Shown here piece by piece: positions 36,186 through 49,500 of a DNA stretch of 64,000 bases. The DNA is from Perna viridis (lineage: Eukaryota). The stretch lies in the NCBI GenBank assembly GCA_037379345.1, contig CM074523.1:26318995-26382994 (forward strand). The letters are read 5' to 3'. The position numbers and the translations under genes are program-made. Numbering within the stretch: position 1 is the stretch's first letter; each line of letters opens with the position of its first letter. The notes under the pieces were generated by a model, which was given only the letters and a program-made list of their open reading frames with translations, was not told where the DNA came from and made no database searches.

Positions 36186-38070
36186 CAACGATGTATAATG
36201 TTTTTGAGTCGGGATGTTAATTGAGTATGGGGAATAGAAGTAATCATAGGTTTTAATGCTATTATAGTTTGATAATAGCCTTGAACTGATTGTCTCCAAA
36301 AGATCTTTTGAATATTTCAGGATCCACATTGAATTAATACCACTACGGGACTAACACGTGTTTTGGTAGGACTACAGACCAGACTCTCTTTGACAGCTGT
36401 GAGTATAGAAGTTAAAAGTTTTGAAAGAGGTTTAGTGTTACAATTTGCAGATCCAGCTATGTAACGTTATTTGTATGGATTCTTGTGGCGTTTAGGAATC
36501 CAGTACATAGACGGTAAATCACAATCATCGTCCTTGGTAGAGAGACCAAAAGAGGAAGTAAAGGTCTGATCACTACTATTATTTTCTACGTCTACCTCTG
36601 ATAATAAACATTGGATGTAAAACGTTTTCCAGACAAAACAATGTTGTTTTGGGCTTTGTCTGTTAGTACGACAACATATTTTTTATGTATAGTAGACAGT
36701 GTTTTTGCTACATCGGGGTCTTTAATAACTGATGTAGCATTGGCACTAATTGACCAACTTAAAACTTTCATTCATTTAAAAATTAAAGACCTCACAGCCT
36801 TTAACCACTCTGACAGAGAATCAATGTTTTCTTGTTCTCATTTTATTCATTGTCTTGCGTAGTCCTCCACGGCCTCCATAAAAAATTTTAAAGTTATAAT
36901 TCAAATTTATGGAGCGAACCAACTTCATTGTATGGTTTGGTTTAGAAGGTTACAACTGTAAATATGAGGGTTGCTTTATCTAAATAGAGTCAGTGATAGC
37001 ATAACTATGTTGTAGGAGGTACTGCTGACATTACTGTGCATAAAAAGACATCCAATAATCACTTGCAAGAAAAATACAGAGCTACTGGCAACGCATGTGG
37101 GGGTACGTCAGTGGACAAGGAGTTGTTTGCATTACTCAGTAAAGTGATTGGTAAGAACGCTTTTCCAACTATGAAGCAAAATCATCCTTTAGAGTACCTC
37201 GATCTTGGCAGAGAATTTGAAAGTGCAAAAAGATCGATGAAACCAAAACAGAAGACAAAAATAAATATTGGTCTACCGATGGGCGTTCTGAATACATTAT
37301 GTAAGAGCCTTCACAAGAAAGATTTTCCCGATGTTCTTCAGAGTTCCTCACTTAAGTCTGAAATTGATGTTGTTGGGGATAAGATACGTCTTGATTTGGA
37401 AACCGGGAAGAAGATGTTCAGACCGACAATAGAAAATATCGTTTTACTCATGAAAGAAATATTATCCCATTCAACAACAGCAGAGGTCAGCATGATTCTT
37501 CTTGTAGGGGGATTTTCTGAATGCCGCTTCGTACAAGATGCAGTCAAAGAAGCTTTTCCAGGGAAACGAGTGATTGTTCCTGAAGATAGCGGTTTGTCTG
37601 TGTTAAAGGGGGCAGTTCTGTACGGCCATCGATCGGATTACATTCAAGAAAGAGTAATGCGATTTACCTATGGAGTCAAAACCTATGTTCCTTTTGATGC
37701 AAGAAAGTATGAACAGAACCGTATGGTCAAGATCGAAGGAGAGGAAAGAGTGGACAACATATTCTCTATAATTATAAGCCAAGATGAGAAGGTAAAGTCT
37801 GGCACGAAGGTGAAGAAATCCTACCACACATTGTACAAAAACCAAGACAAATTGAGTTTGATGATCTATACGTCGGAAAAACCGTATCCGTCGTTTATCG
37901 ACGATGAGGGTTGTAGGTTACTCTGCGAACCGACGATTACATTTTCAGACACTTGTGAAGACATCAGATATGTCGATGTTGAATATATTTTTGGAGACAC
38001 TGAGATAGGGCTTGTTGCAGAAGACAGAAATTCAGGGCTTAAGATATGCGCAAATTTTAATCTCATTTAG
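30859..38070 (+). CDS. HSPA12: Heat shock 70 kDa protein 12 (HSPA12A/B-like), 4 coding exons, 577 aa
   Basis: Exons 30859-31167, 32487-32705, 33391-33541, 37016-38070; GT-AG, total 1734 nt. Motifs VAALDFGTTFSGYAFS, KTPTCLLL, VLTVPAIW, LALEPEAASIYC, VVDLGG|GTADITVH, CGGTSVD, LLVGGFSEC, VLKGAVLYG are typical of HSPA12. Confidence 0.95.
31343..31960 (+). mobile_element. Helentron-associated (HINE-like) non-autonomous element in HSPA12 intron 1
   Basis: Starts ttttagctca...tccgtcgtcgtctgttaaca and has two internal related blocks (atgactgtcgttgctaaaa / atgaccgtcgttgctaaaa). Confidence 0.5.
32010..32292 (+). mobile_element. 3'-end fragment of Penelope-like element in HSPA12 intron 1
   Basis: Same tail on the plus strand. 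Confidence 0.8.
33870..34040 (-). mobile_element. Short 3'-end fragment of Penelope-like element in HSPA12 intron 3
   Basis: ccagggacaaagatcagaaatggaaaa...aatgagcaactcg...gggagcatgga matches the family tail. Confidence 0.7.
34257..34792. repeat. Near-perfect ~260-bp tandem duplication in HSPA12 intron 3
   Basis: ctagtcaaaataattgaattttgg...tttcattgaaat occurs at 34257 and again at about 34519. Confidence 0.85.
34640..35020. repeat. Dispersed repeat family ending in gtaagaatcaggca (related copies near 12770-12930, 44820-45165, 49760-50120)
   Basis: Shared blocks ggtatgaaaa...cattttgatagtgtaatttgac...tttcattgaaatgcac...ttttgacatgc...gcctgattctt. Confidence 0.6.
35325..36900 (-). mobile_element. 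Degenerate, 5'-truncated Penelope-like retroelement (Naiad/Chlamys-type RT) in HSPA12 intron 3
   Basis: Decayed RT motifs DKAQNNIV, LPSMYWIPKRHKNPYK, MWILKYSKDLL, FQQTVNIPMGT, FRCIDDVLSLNN, SYLDLHLEI, LYDKCDDFSF, AYGVFISQLVRYARAC, with stops and frameshifts, followed by the family 3' tail found elsewhere in the window. Confidence 0.85.
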
Positions 38071-38129
38071 TTGGGATTCCAAAAATATATCATATTTTCT
38101 ACTGAGAAAATCCTTAAGTTACTATGTAT

Positions 38130-39525
38130 GACATCCTTTATTATTTTATATGTTAGTTAGTAAAATCATTTATTAACAATAATCAAGATGTTATGTTACT
38201 TATAACATCTATTTGTTGCATTTTCATATTTAAACTATGTTTCCGTAGATTAAAATGTTTTTTTTCATATTTTATCGACATCTATTTGAATGTTCGTTTA
38301 CCTAATGCAAGTAATGAATAAAACAGCAAGTCGAAAACTTTGAACAATCATTTTAGTAAGTGTCATTTATGATAAAACATTGAAAGTTTGTAACTATGTC
38401 AAGAAGTTACAACAGTATAACTGAATTTAATTGAAATAAATTTCCTTTAACTTTTATACCATCCCCTTGTAAAGTGGGAGTATATAGTGATAGGGGTGTC
38501 TCCTGTAATTGTTTTACCATTTACATGTAAAATGGGAGTATATAGTGATAGGGGTGTCTCCTGTAACTGCTTTACAATCTACAAGTAAAGTGGGAGTGTA
38601 TAGTGATAGGGGTGTCTCCTGTAATTGTTTTACCATCTACATGTAACGTGGGAGTATATAGTGATAGGAATGTCCGTCGATCCTTCTATCCGTACCTCCT
38701 TCCTTCTTTTACACAGAGGGGTACCCATCTCTTATCCATTACTCTTGTGAACAACGATTCGAACGAGTAAAAAATAAAATAATCCAGGAATAACAGTTGT
38801 CAAACCTTATAATAAATCTATTCAAGGAAAAGTCACAGTAGGAATAAACGAACAATTGACAGTTTCGCACGTTCAACAAAAAGTTTCATGCATCGCGTTA
38901 ATTGTGTAGAACATCTTTTATTATTTTATATGTTAGTCAGTAATATCAAATATAAACAATAATCAAGATGATGTACAGTATGTTATTAATAATTCAAAAG
39001 CATTTATCTGTTACATTTTTATATTAAAAAATGTTTTTGAAAATTAAAATTGGTTTCTTCATATTTTACCGACATATCTTTTAGTGTTCGTTTACCTCAT
39101 GCAAGTAATGATAAAAGGCAGCAAGTCGAAAACTTTGAACAATTATTTTTATTAAATCTGATATATGATTTAACATTGAAAGTTTGTAATTATGCCAGGA
39201 AATTGGTTCAAAAAGTTACAACAATATAACTGAATTTAAATGAAATAACTTTTTTACCATCCCCTTGTACATTGGGAGTACATTGTGACAGGGATGTCCG
39301 TCGTTCCTTCTATCCGTACTTCCTTCCTTCGTTTACAAGAGGGGTACCCATCTCTTATTCATTACCCTTGTGAACTACGATTCGAACGAGTAAAAAAACA
39401 TAATCCAGAAATAACGCTTGTAAAAAAACCTTCCAATAAAACTATTCGAAGAAAAGTCACATTAGAAAAGAACGAACAGTTTAAAGTTTCACACGCTCAC
39501 CAAAAAGAATTTAATACATTGCGAT
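38130..39525. repeat. Tandem duplication of the HSPA12 3' flank, with an internal ~62-bp minisatellite in copy 1
   Basis: acatc(c/t)tt...ttattattttatatgttagt starts at about 38131 and about 38912. Copy 1 has 4 units of gggagtatatagtgatagg (38455-38670) where copy 2 has one. Confidence 0.8.
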
Positions 39526-40164
39526 AGTTTTTGTCCTGCAAATAGAAAATAAAAAGAAACCTTTCGTGTAATTTTATACTGTGTGACCTAATTACCGGTA
39601 TGAAAGGACTTATACTTTTCTAAAATAGTCAGTGATATCATCATACTTTTTAAACTATGAAGTATCATGATTAAGGTGCTTTATCGTGAGGCCTATTCTT
39701 TCGATCAATTCAATGAATATAAATATATGCAGGTATGTCAGGGACAGCTAGTCATTCCTTGTTTATTATTAAATGTATTACTAGTATGCTTTGTAATATT
39801 TCTTTCCTATTTTTACCATAGAATCGGGTCTCCTTCGGACTAAGTTTTATCGTGCGAGTTTGTATAGTGCTTTGTCTACATTTGCGGTAGGAGCGTTTGA
39901 TGCCCATCAAACTAGTTCTACCCCACCACATCTTTTGAGTCTCTTTCAATCGAGAAAAACCTATGTTTTCCTAATTTTTTTTGAATTTTAATTTTCTTTA
40001 TATGTTAATGGTACACTGTGATGCCCATTTTGCTCTACCTATATATTATGTTGTTAAAGGAGATAGTCTACGGCAGACTCTGGGTGTGGGAAAATTATCA
40101 TCATTAATCAGAGGCCCACTGACTGCATTTTTTACAGTGATGTAGTGTTGGTGACTCTTCGTTA

Positions 40165-40463
40165 CCATTTTCTTCTCTCTTTGAATGTAATGATGTTCCC
40201 CACAACATTGCAGCTTTAAATATCTTGTCATTTGGATTCCTTTTGAAAAATAAGGGAACAAACGCAGTTTTATGTCGCAAGTTTATTTCATAACAATAAA
40301 ATGAATCCATTTACATTTTCTTCTCTCTTGGAAAGTAATGATGTTCCCCACAACATTGCAGCTTTAAATATCTTGTCATCTTGATTCCTTTTGAAAAATA
40401 AGGGAACAAACGCAGTTTTATGTCACAAGTTTATTTTATAACAATAAAATGAATCCATTTACA
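40165..40463. repeat. ~147-bp tandem duplication
   Basis: cattttcttctctct...cacaacattgcagctttaaatatcttgtcat...aatgaatccatttaca occurs twice. Confidence 0.85.
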
Positions 40464-43400
40464 AAATGAATTAAAAATAGAGCAAAAACGCATAATATGA
40501 ACATTTCAAAGCTTATACATACAGCAAATAGGATAATTAATAAATTAAACCCACTGTTTAATAGGAATTTTTTGGCAAAAATCTTTTTTCGCTTAAATCT
40601 AGGTCATTAAAAATCTGCCAAATATCCCCTTGCCTAAGTGGACTTTATTAGGTACAAAAGATGAATTTAGAAAGCGAGTGAAACATTACATGTAGCTTTT
40701 AAAAAGCATGGGGATAAAATAACATTGGCATTTGCATTTTTATTATTAGGTTATTCTGTGTAAGTTACGGGAAAATAACAACCTAAATTATGTCTTATGA
40801 CTATTTTTATTGAATTAGGAAGTAATAGCAACAAAGAGACTTGTCCACTCCCATAAAAAAGAAGACCTTACACATGTTTTACTGAAAAATATGCAAGCCA
40901 CGATTTACAGCCGAACCAGATATAACAGGAATAAAATAAAACTAAAAACAATTGCATTGGAAAACCAAACACGCATATAAAAGTGAAATAATTGCACATC
41001 AAAGGCAAATTGTATAACATGAGGTATACTTGTCAATAATTAGTCTTATATGGCTATAGATCATCAGGAACAGAACATTACTGAAAATATAAATTAATGT
41101 TTAAAAAATATGACATCACCAAAAGATGATTTTATCCAAACAGAACAAATGAATTTTCGCTATTCATTGTGGTCAGAAAACTGCGAAAAATAATACTTGT
41201 AAAATTGATTTTTAACTCGTAACATTTACAATTTTTTCAAACCGCCAAAATTGCTTCCCCTGAACATATTCACTTGACAGAATCCAAAATTAAAGTGTTT
41301 ACAGTATTTGGAATACATTGTAACAAATGTCCTCATCAAAGTTGAAAAATCATAATAGATTTCACAATAATGATGAAGGATGTCTTTTATCTGACTTAAC
41401 TACTTACGAGTTATCATCTTTTTAGGTGATGTTCGAAAAAATACCCTAACTAAAATTGGATCTACAAAGTGCTCTTTTGTTCTTTTTCAGTCGCTACATT
41501 TCTCAGTTCTACTTACTATTCAGGCGACATTTTGCAGAATCCATATGTTTTTCCCCTTTTAAATAATGTCTTCAGTATCATTCAAGAAGTAGTATGATTA
41601 GTTGATAAGAAAGGAATCTGATTTGTAAGTAGAATGGAATGCTCTTAGATCCTACATACAGTAAATGAATGGAACAGAGTATGTCTGTCTTTTACAACAC
41701 TTCTAGATGCTCAAATAAACATACACTACATATATTTTATATACACATGTATTTCTACCTCTTCTAGGGTACACCAATGTTGCAAGGGTAAAATAAACAC
41801 TACTTCATGGAATGCAAAAAAATCCAAAGCTAGGTAGGCAAGTGTGTTTTTTTAAACAATGCCAAAGAATATGATTTTTTTTTAAAAGTGTGATACAAAT
41901 TTACCTTGAAATATAGAATTTTTTTTGTACACAGACAAGCTGGTTAATAATCAGCAAACCTGATGGTCTTAGCATAAAAAGCTCAAACAACTAGATAGTT
42001 AGTCTCATTTGAATCATATTACCGTAAACATCCTAATTTTTACTATTTTCGTGGTGGACAGAAAACTGCGAAAAACAGTACCAGCAAAATTAATTTAGAA
42101 AAAATATATAACGCCAAACCTTTTTTGAAACTGAAAATTGGTACCCGCAAATATGTTCACTTGACAGAATCTGTGAAAAATAGCTACTGCAGAAATTAGT
42201 ACATTTACAGTATTGACTGTCAATTTTTATTTTTTTAAGATTGTTTTAAAAAATATATATTCTGTTTATTCACTCAAAATGTTTTCTTGCAATGCCAGTA
42301 AACAATGTATTTTAAACTAAATTTCACTCAATGCAAAGATAAACACCAAAAAAACATTGATACAAATAAAATACATTCTATCAAGAGAGACAAAATTTAT
42401 GATAATAATATTTTACTGGCATTAAGTATGAGTGTAAAGCATGCAGCAAATGAGAGTTGGTCCTCTAATAATTCAGCTTACACTTATTTCTAATACAATA
42501 CATTACATAAGATGTATTATTCTTTGTAAGAATCAGGCTATGGGTGGCACATCATATTTCTCAATTTGGTCTTTTTTTGCCTCAAATATATTCAATATAT
42601 CTAGAAAACAACTGAAAAGCTATTTGAATTTATCCTGAAATATTTGTGATGCAGATATTTTGATATAAGTTTTAAAAATGTTCCCACATTTTTCCTTAGT
42701 GCATTTCAACTAAATTTGGCCTATCAATAACTTAAAAAGGCAAATTTTACAAACACTTTGATGGTTATTTTTGGAGTTTATCTGGTATAAATATTTGGTT
42801 AATGCAATAAAATGTCTGTATGTTTCCCTTCATGTGCCACCCCTTCTAAACATTTTGCCTCATTCTTAGATGGAGACGTACTTTTAATTAGTAATATATA
42901 CATGTAAATAAATAAATATAAACTAAGGCAAACTTAAATCTATTCCTTGGTTCAACGGACTTCCTTAACTCTTTTTTATGATGCAAATATACCCAGTAAA
43001 AAGCAACTACATTGTGTACAAGAGTAATGAGAAACTTTTGAGCAATGGTTTACCACTGATACCCCTGCTTTCCATCACAATAAAAGGATAAAATTGATGC
43101 TTTTTTGGTAAACAGGAAGTAGATGTCATATGAATACAAAAACACATCCCACGATACAATATCCCCATAAGAGGCTGAAAACAATTTACAAGCAAGCTGT
43201 GATGAATAGTAGCTGAGAAAAATGTGAAGAAATTTCTGTATAATAAAATTCTCTAAGGAAAATTTCAGTTTTTTTTTTGGCAAAGGGAAGAATACCTCAT
43301 ACCATTAAGAAAACACATTACACCAAAAAGTATACCCATATAAAGATTTGTATAATATATCAACAGCCTGTGATTAACAAACGCTGAGAATTTTGTTACG

Positions 43401-44384
43401 AAAATGTGTTACAGAATTATGAAATTAAGGAGACACAGCATACCCACTCTCCCAAGGAGCTAGGGTATTATGAAAACAATCCTATTGCTGAATTCTTGAC
43501 ATTAAAAAAACCCAGGGAACCAAGAAAAGAAATTTTAAATGGCCTTATTATGTCCACAGTCTAGTCATAAGGATATCAACATGCACAATAAAAGGGGAAT
43601 GGAAAGTTGTTAAATAAATATTTTGTACTGGAATGAGTGAGATAAATTTATCAATAACTGAACTGGGGAAAAATCTAAAATACACTTTAAGTATAGGAAT
43701 GAATAATAAGTGCTAAAGTATTAGACTACAATAAACTATGCAAGAAATTTGGAAATACAAAATTAGGAATGCAAGCTTCAACTTTCGGGTTAATAGAATG
43801 TCACCGAATCTAAATTTAAATAATTATTAAAAGAATGATGCATGACCAAGTACAGAAAATCACTCTGTTCTCCCAAAGTTCTGCAAAAATCAAAACAAAG
43901 CATACACAAAATCTATTTAAACATACATACTGCACACAATTACATATTAAATTCAATCATAAATATTTGCACTCCATTAGATATTAAATCTAATCGCACC
44001 CATTAACAAAAGAATGGTCAATCATGAAAATAACACCAAGTCACATGGTTATATCAGTCATGAATTTTTATGATTCTAAATCACATGGTCAATTGTGAAA
44101 ATGACATCAAGTCACATGGTCATATCAGTCCTGAATATTCATGATATTCAAATCATATGGTCAATCATGAAAATTACAGACATAAACAAATTGGAGATAT
44201 CATATCAGTTTTTGATTATTTCTAGTACATGTAATTTCATCATTATATATAAGAAACAATCAAAAAACTTTTCTAGCAACATGTAAATACACAATAATTT
44301 GCTAAACTTTGAAGTTGATCAATCAGTTGCCATATTGCCAATGAAAATGATTTTTATAATAATAAATGAATTATGGCATTCTAT

Positions 44385-44603
44385 TTAAGGAGGTAGACCT
44401 AGGGTAAGGAATATAACTCTTGAAATAAATGATATGTTTGTATCATTATAATTTCACCAAAGCCTTCCAAGCTTTTATTTGAAACAGAATGAAATCAATC
44501 CGAGTTACTTTGATGCTTACATGATATTAGTGTAAAATGCTGAATACATACATTCCAATGATTTGCGAGAGTTGTGTCCCTTACCCTAGGTAACCCTCCT
44601 TAA
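44385..44603. mobile_element. ~215-bp TTAA-flanked MITE (Kolobok-like), copy 2
   Basis: TTAA-GGAGGTAGACCTAGGGTAAGG...CCTTACCCTAGGTAACCCTCC-TTAA. Confidence 0.8.
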
Positions 44604-45633
44604 ATATTTTATTTATGTAGACAACCTTTATTCTTTGTATGTACAATCAAATAAATAAATAATTTATATGTATTTTATGTAAAAATAAAGACCAAAAAAA
44701 ATTAAAGTTTCATACAAAAGTTCATCTAGACATCTAGAGATATACAACATCAATATATAGAAGATTAGTATACACTACATACATTTACAAAGATTTATCA
44801 TCAAAACTTGTGTCAGTGTCTTTAAGTATCACGCAGTGGGTGAGACATGGTATGAAAAAATTCATCATTTTGATAGTGTAATTTGACTATTTGCACCATA
44901 AGAATCCATACCACTTTAGTAAATTGAGTTATAATTTCATTGAAATGCACAGAAAATGTACTTTTCAAGGGCAGATAACTCTGCCAAAACCTTCCTTTTT
45001 CTAACATTCTATTGAAAAATTTCTGAGCAAAGCCAGTGATGCAGAGATCAAATAATGATCTTTTCAAATAGAGAAAGCACCATTGAGTGAAATTATATAG
45101 ACAGATCGATGGGTTTTTGACATGCATGTTTCTGATTTTTTTCCATTCTGTCTGATTCTTACAAACACTAACAATTAAGGAATAAATGCATTTATTTCAT
45201 AAAATTTATTGTAAAAATGATGAAAAAAATCATCAAAATGTTTCTGTACTATTGTACAAGACTTAAACAGACAAACAGGTGAATGGGCAATATTACACAC
45301 CCCATGCCAGGTTGATTAAGCTTTTCCACCATTCTTTGGTGTATCAAGGTAATTGATGGGCAGAAATTTCAACCAATCCCATATTGATTTGACTAAGCTG
45401 AAGAATTATTGTATGCAGCCTCTACCAACAACAAAAAGCTCAAAGTATACTTTTCAAATGTATCCACTGCAAACTGATGGAAAAGGCAAAATACACATGA
45501 CATGTACTGTACATTGCTAAACTATAGAGACTAATACATGTAAATATTTCATCTTATTTTTGCCTATTTGTATTCATCTATAAATCTATGAAATAAAGGT
45601 CCTGTTGAAATCACTCATGAAGTTTGTATGCAC

Positions 45634-45853
45634 TTAAAGAGGTAGACCTAGGGTAAGGGACATAATTCATGAAGTCAGTGATATATTTGTATTGTATTCA
45701 ATTTCACCAAAGCATATCAAACTTTCATTTGATACAGAATGAAATCAATCCAAGTTACTTTGATGCTTACATGACATTGATGTAAAATGCTGAAAACAAA
45801 CGTTCCAATGATTTGTAAGGGTTGTGTCCCTTACCCTAGGTCTACCTCCTTAA
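45634..45853. mobile_element. ~215-bp TTAA-flanked MITE (Kolobok-like), copy 3
   Basis: TTAA-AGAGGTAGACCTAGGGTAAGGGAC...GTCCCTTACCCTAGGTCTACCTCC-TTAA. Confidence 0.8.
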
Positions 45854-46579
45854 GTAGCAGTCATTGTGAGAAGCATGCAAATTTTGTTATTTGTAATAAA
45901 CCCCAGAAATGCTACATACTTTTATAATGTTATTAAGTTATTTTATGTGTCAATATGATAAAATGTTTATAATCATTCAATCCGACCTGTCTGCCCTTAG
46001 TAGAAATCCACATTGAAAATCAGACTGTTTCTGTTGTATTTTACTGTCATTTACAGAGTTATCTCCCCTAATTTTGAATTCTACAATACATTTTATATAA
46101 TTTTTCATCTTCCAAGAAAAAGGGTTATATGAAAAACCACATGTTAATTCCTGTTAACTATATCATTTCAAACAAAATATCCAAAATAAGAGAGGAGAAA
46201 ATTCACATGAAAAATCAAGTAGTCTTTATTTTATTTCAGTATCATTTACAGAGTTATCTCCCTAAATTTTTATTTATATTTAAATATTTAGGCTCATGTT
46301 TACCCTCAATGTGCTTGATTTCATAAAAACCTCCAATGAATTTTTTCCTCAAATCCATTCAACAGAATCAGGGTATCATTTCACAAAGTACTTGTAAATC
46401 CTTGACAACAAAAGGAACTTACATAAGCTTTGGAAAAATGTGTCTACAATAACAATTGAAGATTGAAGACTTGATTACAGATTTCCAGGAAACCAAACTC
46501 AGACCAAGTTCATTTCCTACCAAAATTCTATTGCTGTGAATCCCGTCTTAACTCTGTTTCACATAAAAACATCTCTATG

Positions 46580-49500
46580 CTATGATTCTTTTTCTAAGCT
46601 ATTGTTACTTGAGAATTGTTTATTTGAGGAAGAGCTTCTGTTAAGTCCGTCTGATTGGGTACTGCTGTGCATAGACTCTGAATCACTACTAGATCGGTGC
46701 TCATACTGTGTCCTCCATCTCCTTGTTCCACCTGGAGATCTTCTATAGTCTATACTATACTGTAGTGATAAAAAATACAATCAGCTAAGGCCATACAAAA
46801 ACATTTTTTTGTTTCTAAAAACATAGCAAACAATCAAAAGAACCAACTGGTACATAACAGAGAAGATTCAATAGTAAATATTCTCTATAAAAGCAGAGAA
46901 CGTCTACCCTACCGGTGCACCTGGTCCACGCTCCTAGTTTTTAGTTGAGTCCGAGTTGCTCATTTGCTTTTGTTACTTTATATGTATGGTTTTATTTACT
47001 TTATGTTTTTTGTTGTGTATGTCTGTTTTCCATGTCTGGTATTTGTCTCTGGATTACATTCTTTTGATTACCACTATAACCTTGGTTCCCTTGATTACGC
47101 TTTCATTTTAAATGAATGTATATAAATGCCCAAATTGTGACTGTTTTCAAAATGAAAAAAAAAACGGCATGATATTCACAGGATTATTTACAGCCATACA
47201 GTGAAGATGTTCATAGGATAAAGTTAAGTTTCCATTCTAACATGATGTCCTTAAAAGGCTTTAGGACCACATCCAAGGTATTACTTTGATAAACATATGT
47301 CCATGGTCATAGACATATGACAGTCTTTTCTCTGTATTTTTGATCCATAGCTATCACCATTTTGTGAAACACATAGGCTGCATCGTTTAAAAGTATTGAA
47401 GAAATAACTTTTATTAGAAATTGAACATCATCACTGTACCTGCTTTGATACCAAACCTGATCCCATGAACATCATCATTGTACCTGCTGTAATACCACAC
47501 CTGATCCCATGAACATCATCATTGTACCTGCTGTAATACCACACCTGATCCAATGAACATTATCATTGTACTGTCTGTACAACCACAACTGATACCCTAC
47601 CTTTGTAGCACAGATAAAAGATGTTGTCACAACTTTAGCAATGACATTCATCAGATTCTTTGTTTCTTGTATGGCACCATCAACCTACAATATAATAGAA
47701 AGTTTAAATACATAATCTACAGTTTTCATACTACAGCAAAACCTGTCTAAACCAAACCCTGGATAAACCAGTAACCTGTGTGAAGGTACAATTTCAAACA
47801 GATCATTAATTATACTCAGATTATAGTCCGCATGGACATCATGAAAATGCTTGTTTCTGTCCCTTTCCTGGCCCATAATTCCTGAACACAAGCCACAACC
47901 TTAAAATTTAATCCCAGCCTTCCTTTCATGGCATGGCACCTTATAAACTAGTTTCGTAAAGATCTATATATTTATACTCAAGTTACTGTCCTGACAACTA
48001 ATGTCTACTAGGGTAAAAATGCCACAAATGTGTCATACATGTATCTACAAAGGCATGCGCAAAAGGTGTTTCACATGCGTAATATGATGTTTCCTGCCAC
48101 ACGTACCAAATATGCATGTGAAACATGTGTCATTCATGTGTATCACATGTGCTTTTCACACATTTATCACATGCATGGCATGAAGCCTCTCTTTTACATG
48201 ATGTGACATCCAATTGCACATGTGCAGCATTTTTTCCTATGTAGGGATGCCATACCACTATATGAACACAACTTACATTAAGTAGTGTCTTCATCATATC
48301 ATGTTATAACTTATACATGTACTACCTTGCTGAATGTAGCAGCCTTTCCTACTGTAGAAATCTTCAATATAGAATGTAACTGTTGGCAGGAGGGTGGAAT
48401 CTTCTCTAGGTAGGATACAAGTTCATCTCTGTGAGCACATACTGGTACCTAGAAAAAATAAGGAGACAAGTTCATCTTTGTGAGCACATACTGGTACCTG
48501 GAAAAAATAAGGAGGCAAGTCCATCTCTTTGAGCACATACTGGTACCTGGAAAAAAATAAAGAGACAAGTCCATATCTCTGGGCACATACTGGTACCTGG
48601 AAAAAAATAAGGAGGCAAGTCCATCTCTGTGACCACATACTGGTACCTGGAAAAAATAAGGAGACAAGTCCACCTCTGTGAGCACATACTGGTACCTGGA
48701 AAAAATAAGGAGACAAGTCCACCTCTGTGAGCACATACTGGTACCTGGAAAAAAAATAAAGAGACAAGTCCATATCTCTGGGCACATACTGGTTCCTGGA
48801 AAAAAATAAGGAAGCAAGTCCATCTCTGTTAGCACATACTGGTACCTGGAAAAAATAAGGAGACAAGTCCATCTCTGTGAGCACATATTGGTACCTGGAA
48901 AAAATAAGGAGACAAGTCCATCTCTGTAAGCATATATTCTGTATACAGTAATACAAATCTGCAAAATATAACTAAGAATAACATTCTCAATCAGTTGCAA
49001 ATCAATAAGTAGCAACAGATACAAAAAGAAAACAATTATTGGAATTTATAAATATTATGTAGAGATACTCAATGTATTTTATGACAATCTGTATTTTTGG
49101 CCATATTTAATGATCCATAAAAGCCTATCAAGAGATTAAAAATTCATAGAAAATACGAAAAATGAATAACAGTGAGCACTTCTGTATTTTTTATGTGCGA
49201 AGTGTTGCTCTTTATTATTGTGGACAAGTTATTAAAAGCAAGCAAATCTCACTAACCCAAACATGTTTTCAGACAGCCTCTCAGGGAGATTGCCTTTTAT
49301 CAATGAAAAATAATGAGACACCAAAATGCAACATTCTTTAAAGAAGTATTTACCCATGCTCAAAAGCATGCGTGAATTTTCCTCACACAAATTACTACCT
49401 TCTCTGTCTCTGTGTTTGCATTGCAGATAGACTAAATTGGGATAATGTGTTAAAACATGTGGAAATTTTACATTTCTATCAGGGTTTTTCGGATAGAGAG

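Noticed and set aside
35434-36900. Selenocysteine-recoded retroelement ORF
   Set aside because: The copy has frameshifts and TAA as well as TGA stops, consistent with simple decay; no SECIS recognised.
48420-48930. CRISPR-like appearance of the regular repeat (also 58548-59335)
   Set aside because: Units are contiguous with no unique spacers, there are no cas genes, and the context is a eukaryotic intron.
48423-49024. Three long overlapping minus-strand ORFs (71-191 aa)
   Set aside because: They are translations of the 49-51-bp array in shifting frames, not independent genes.
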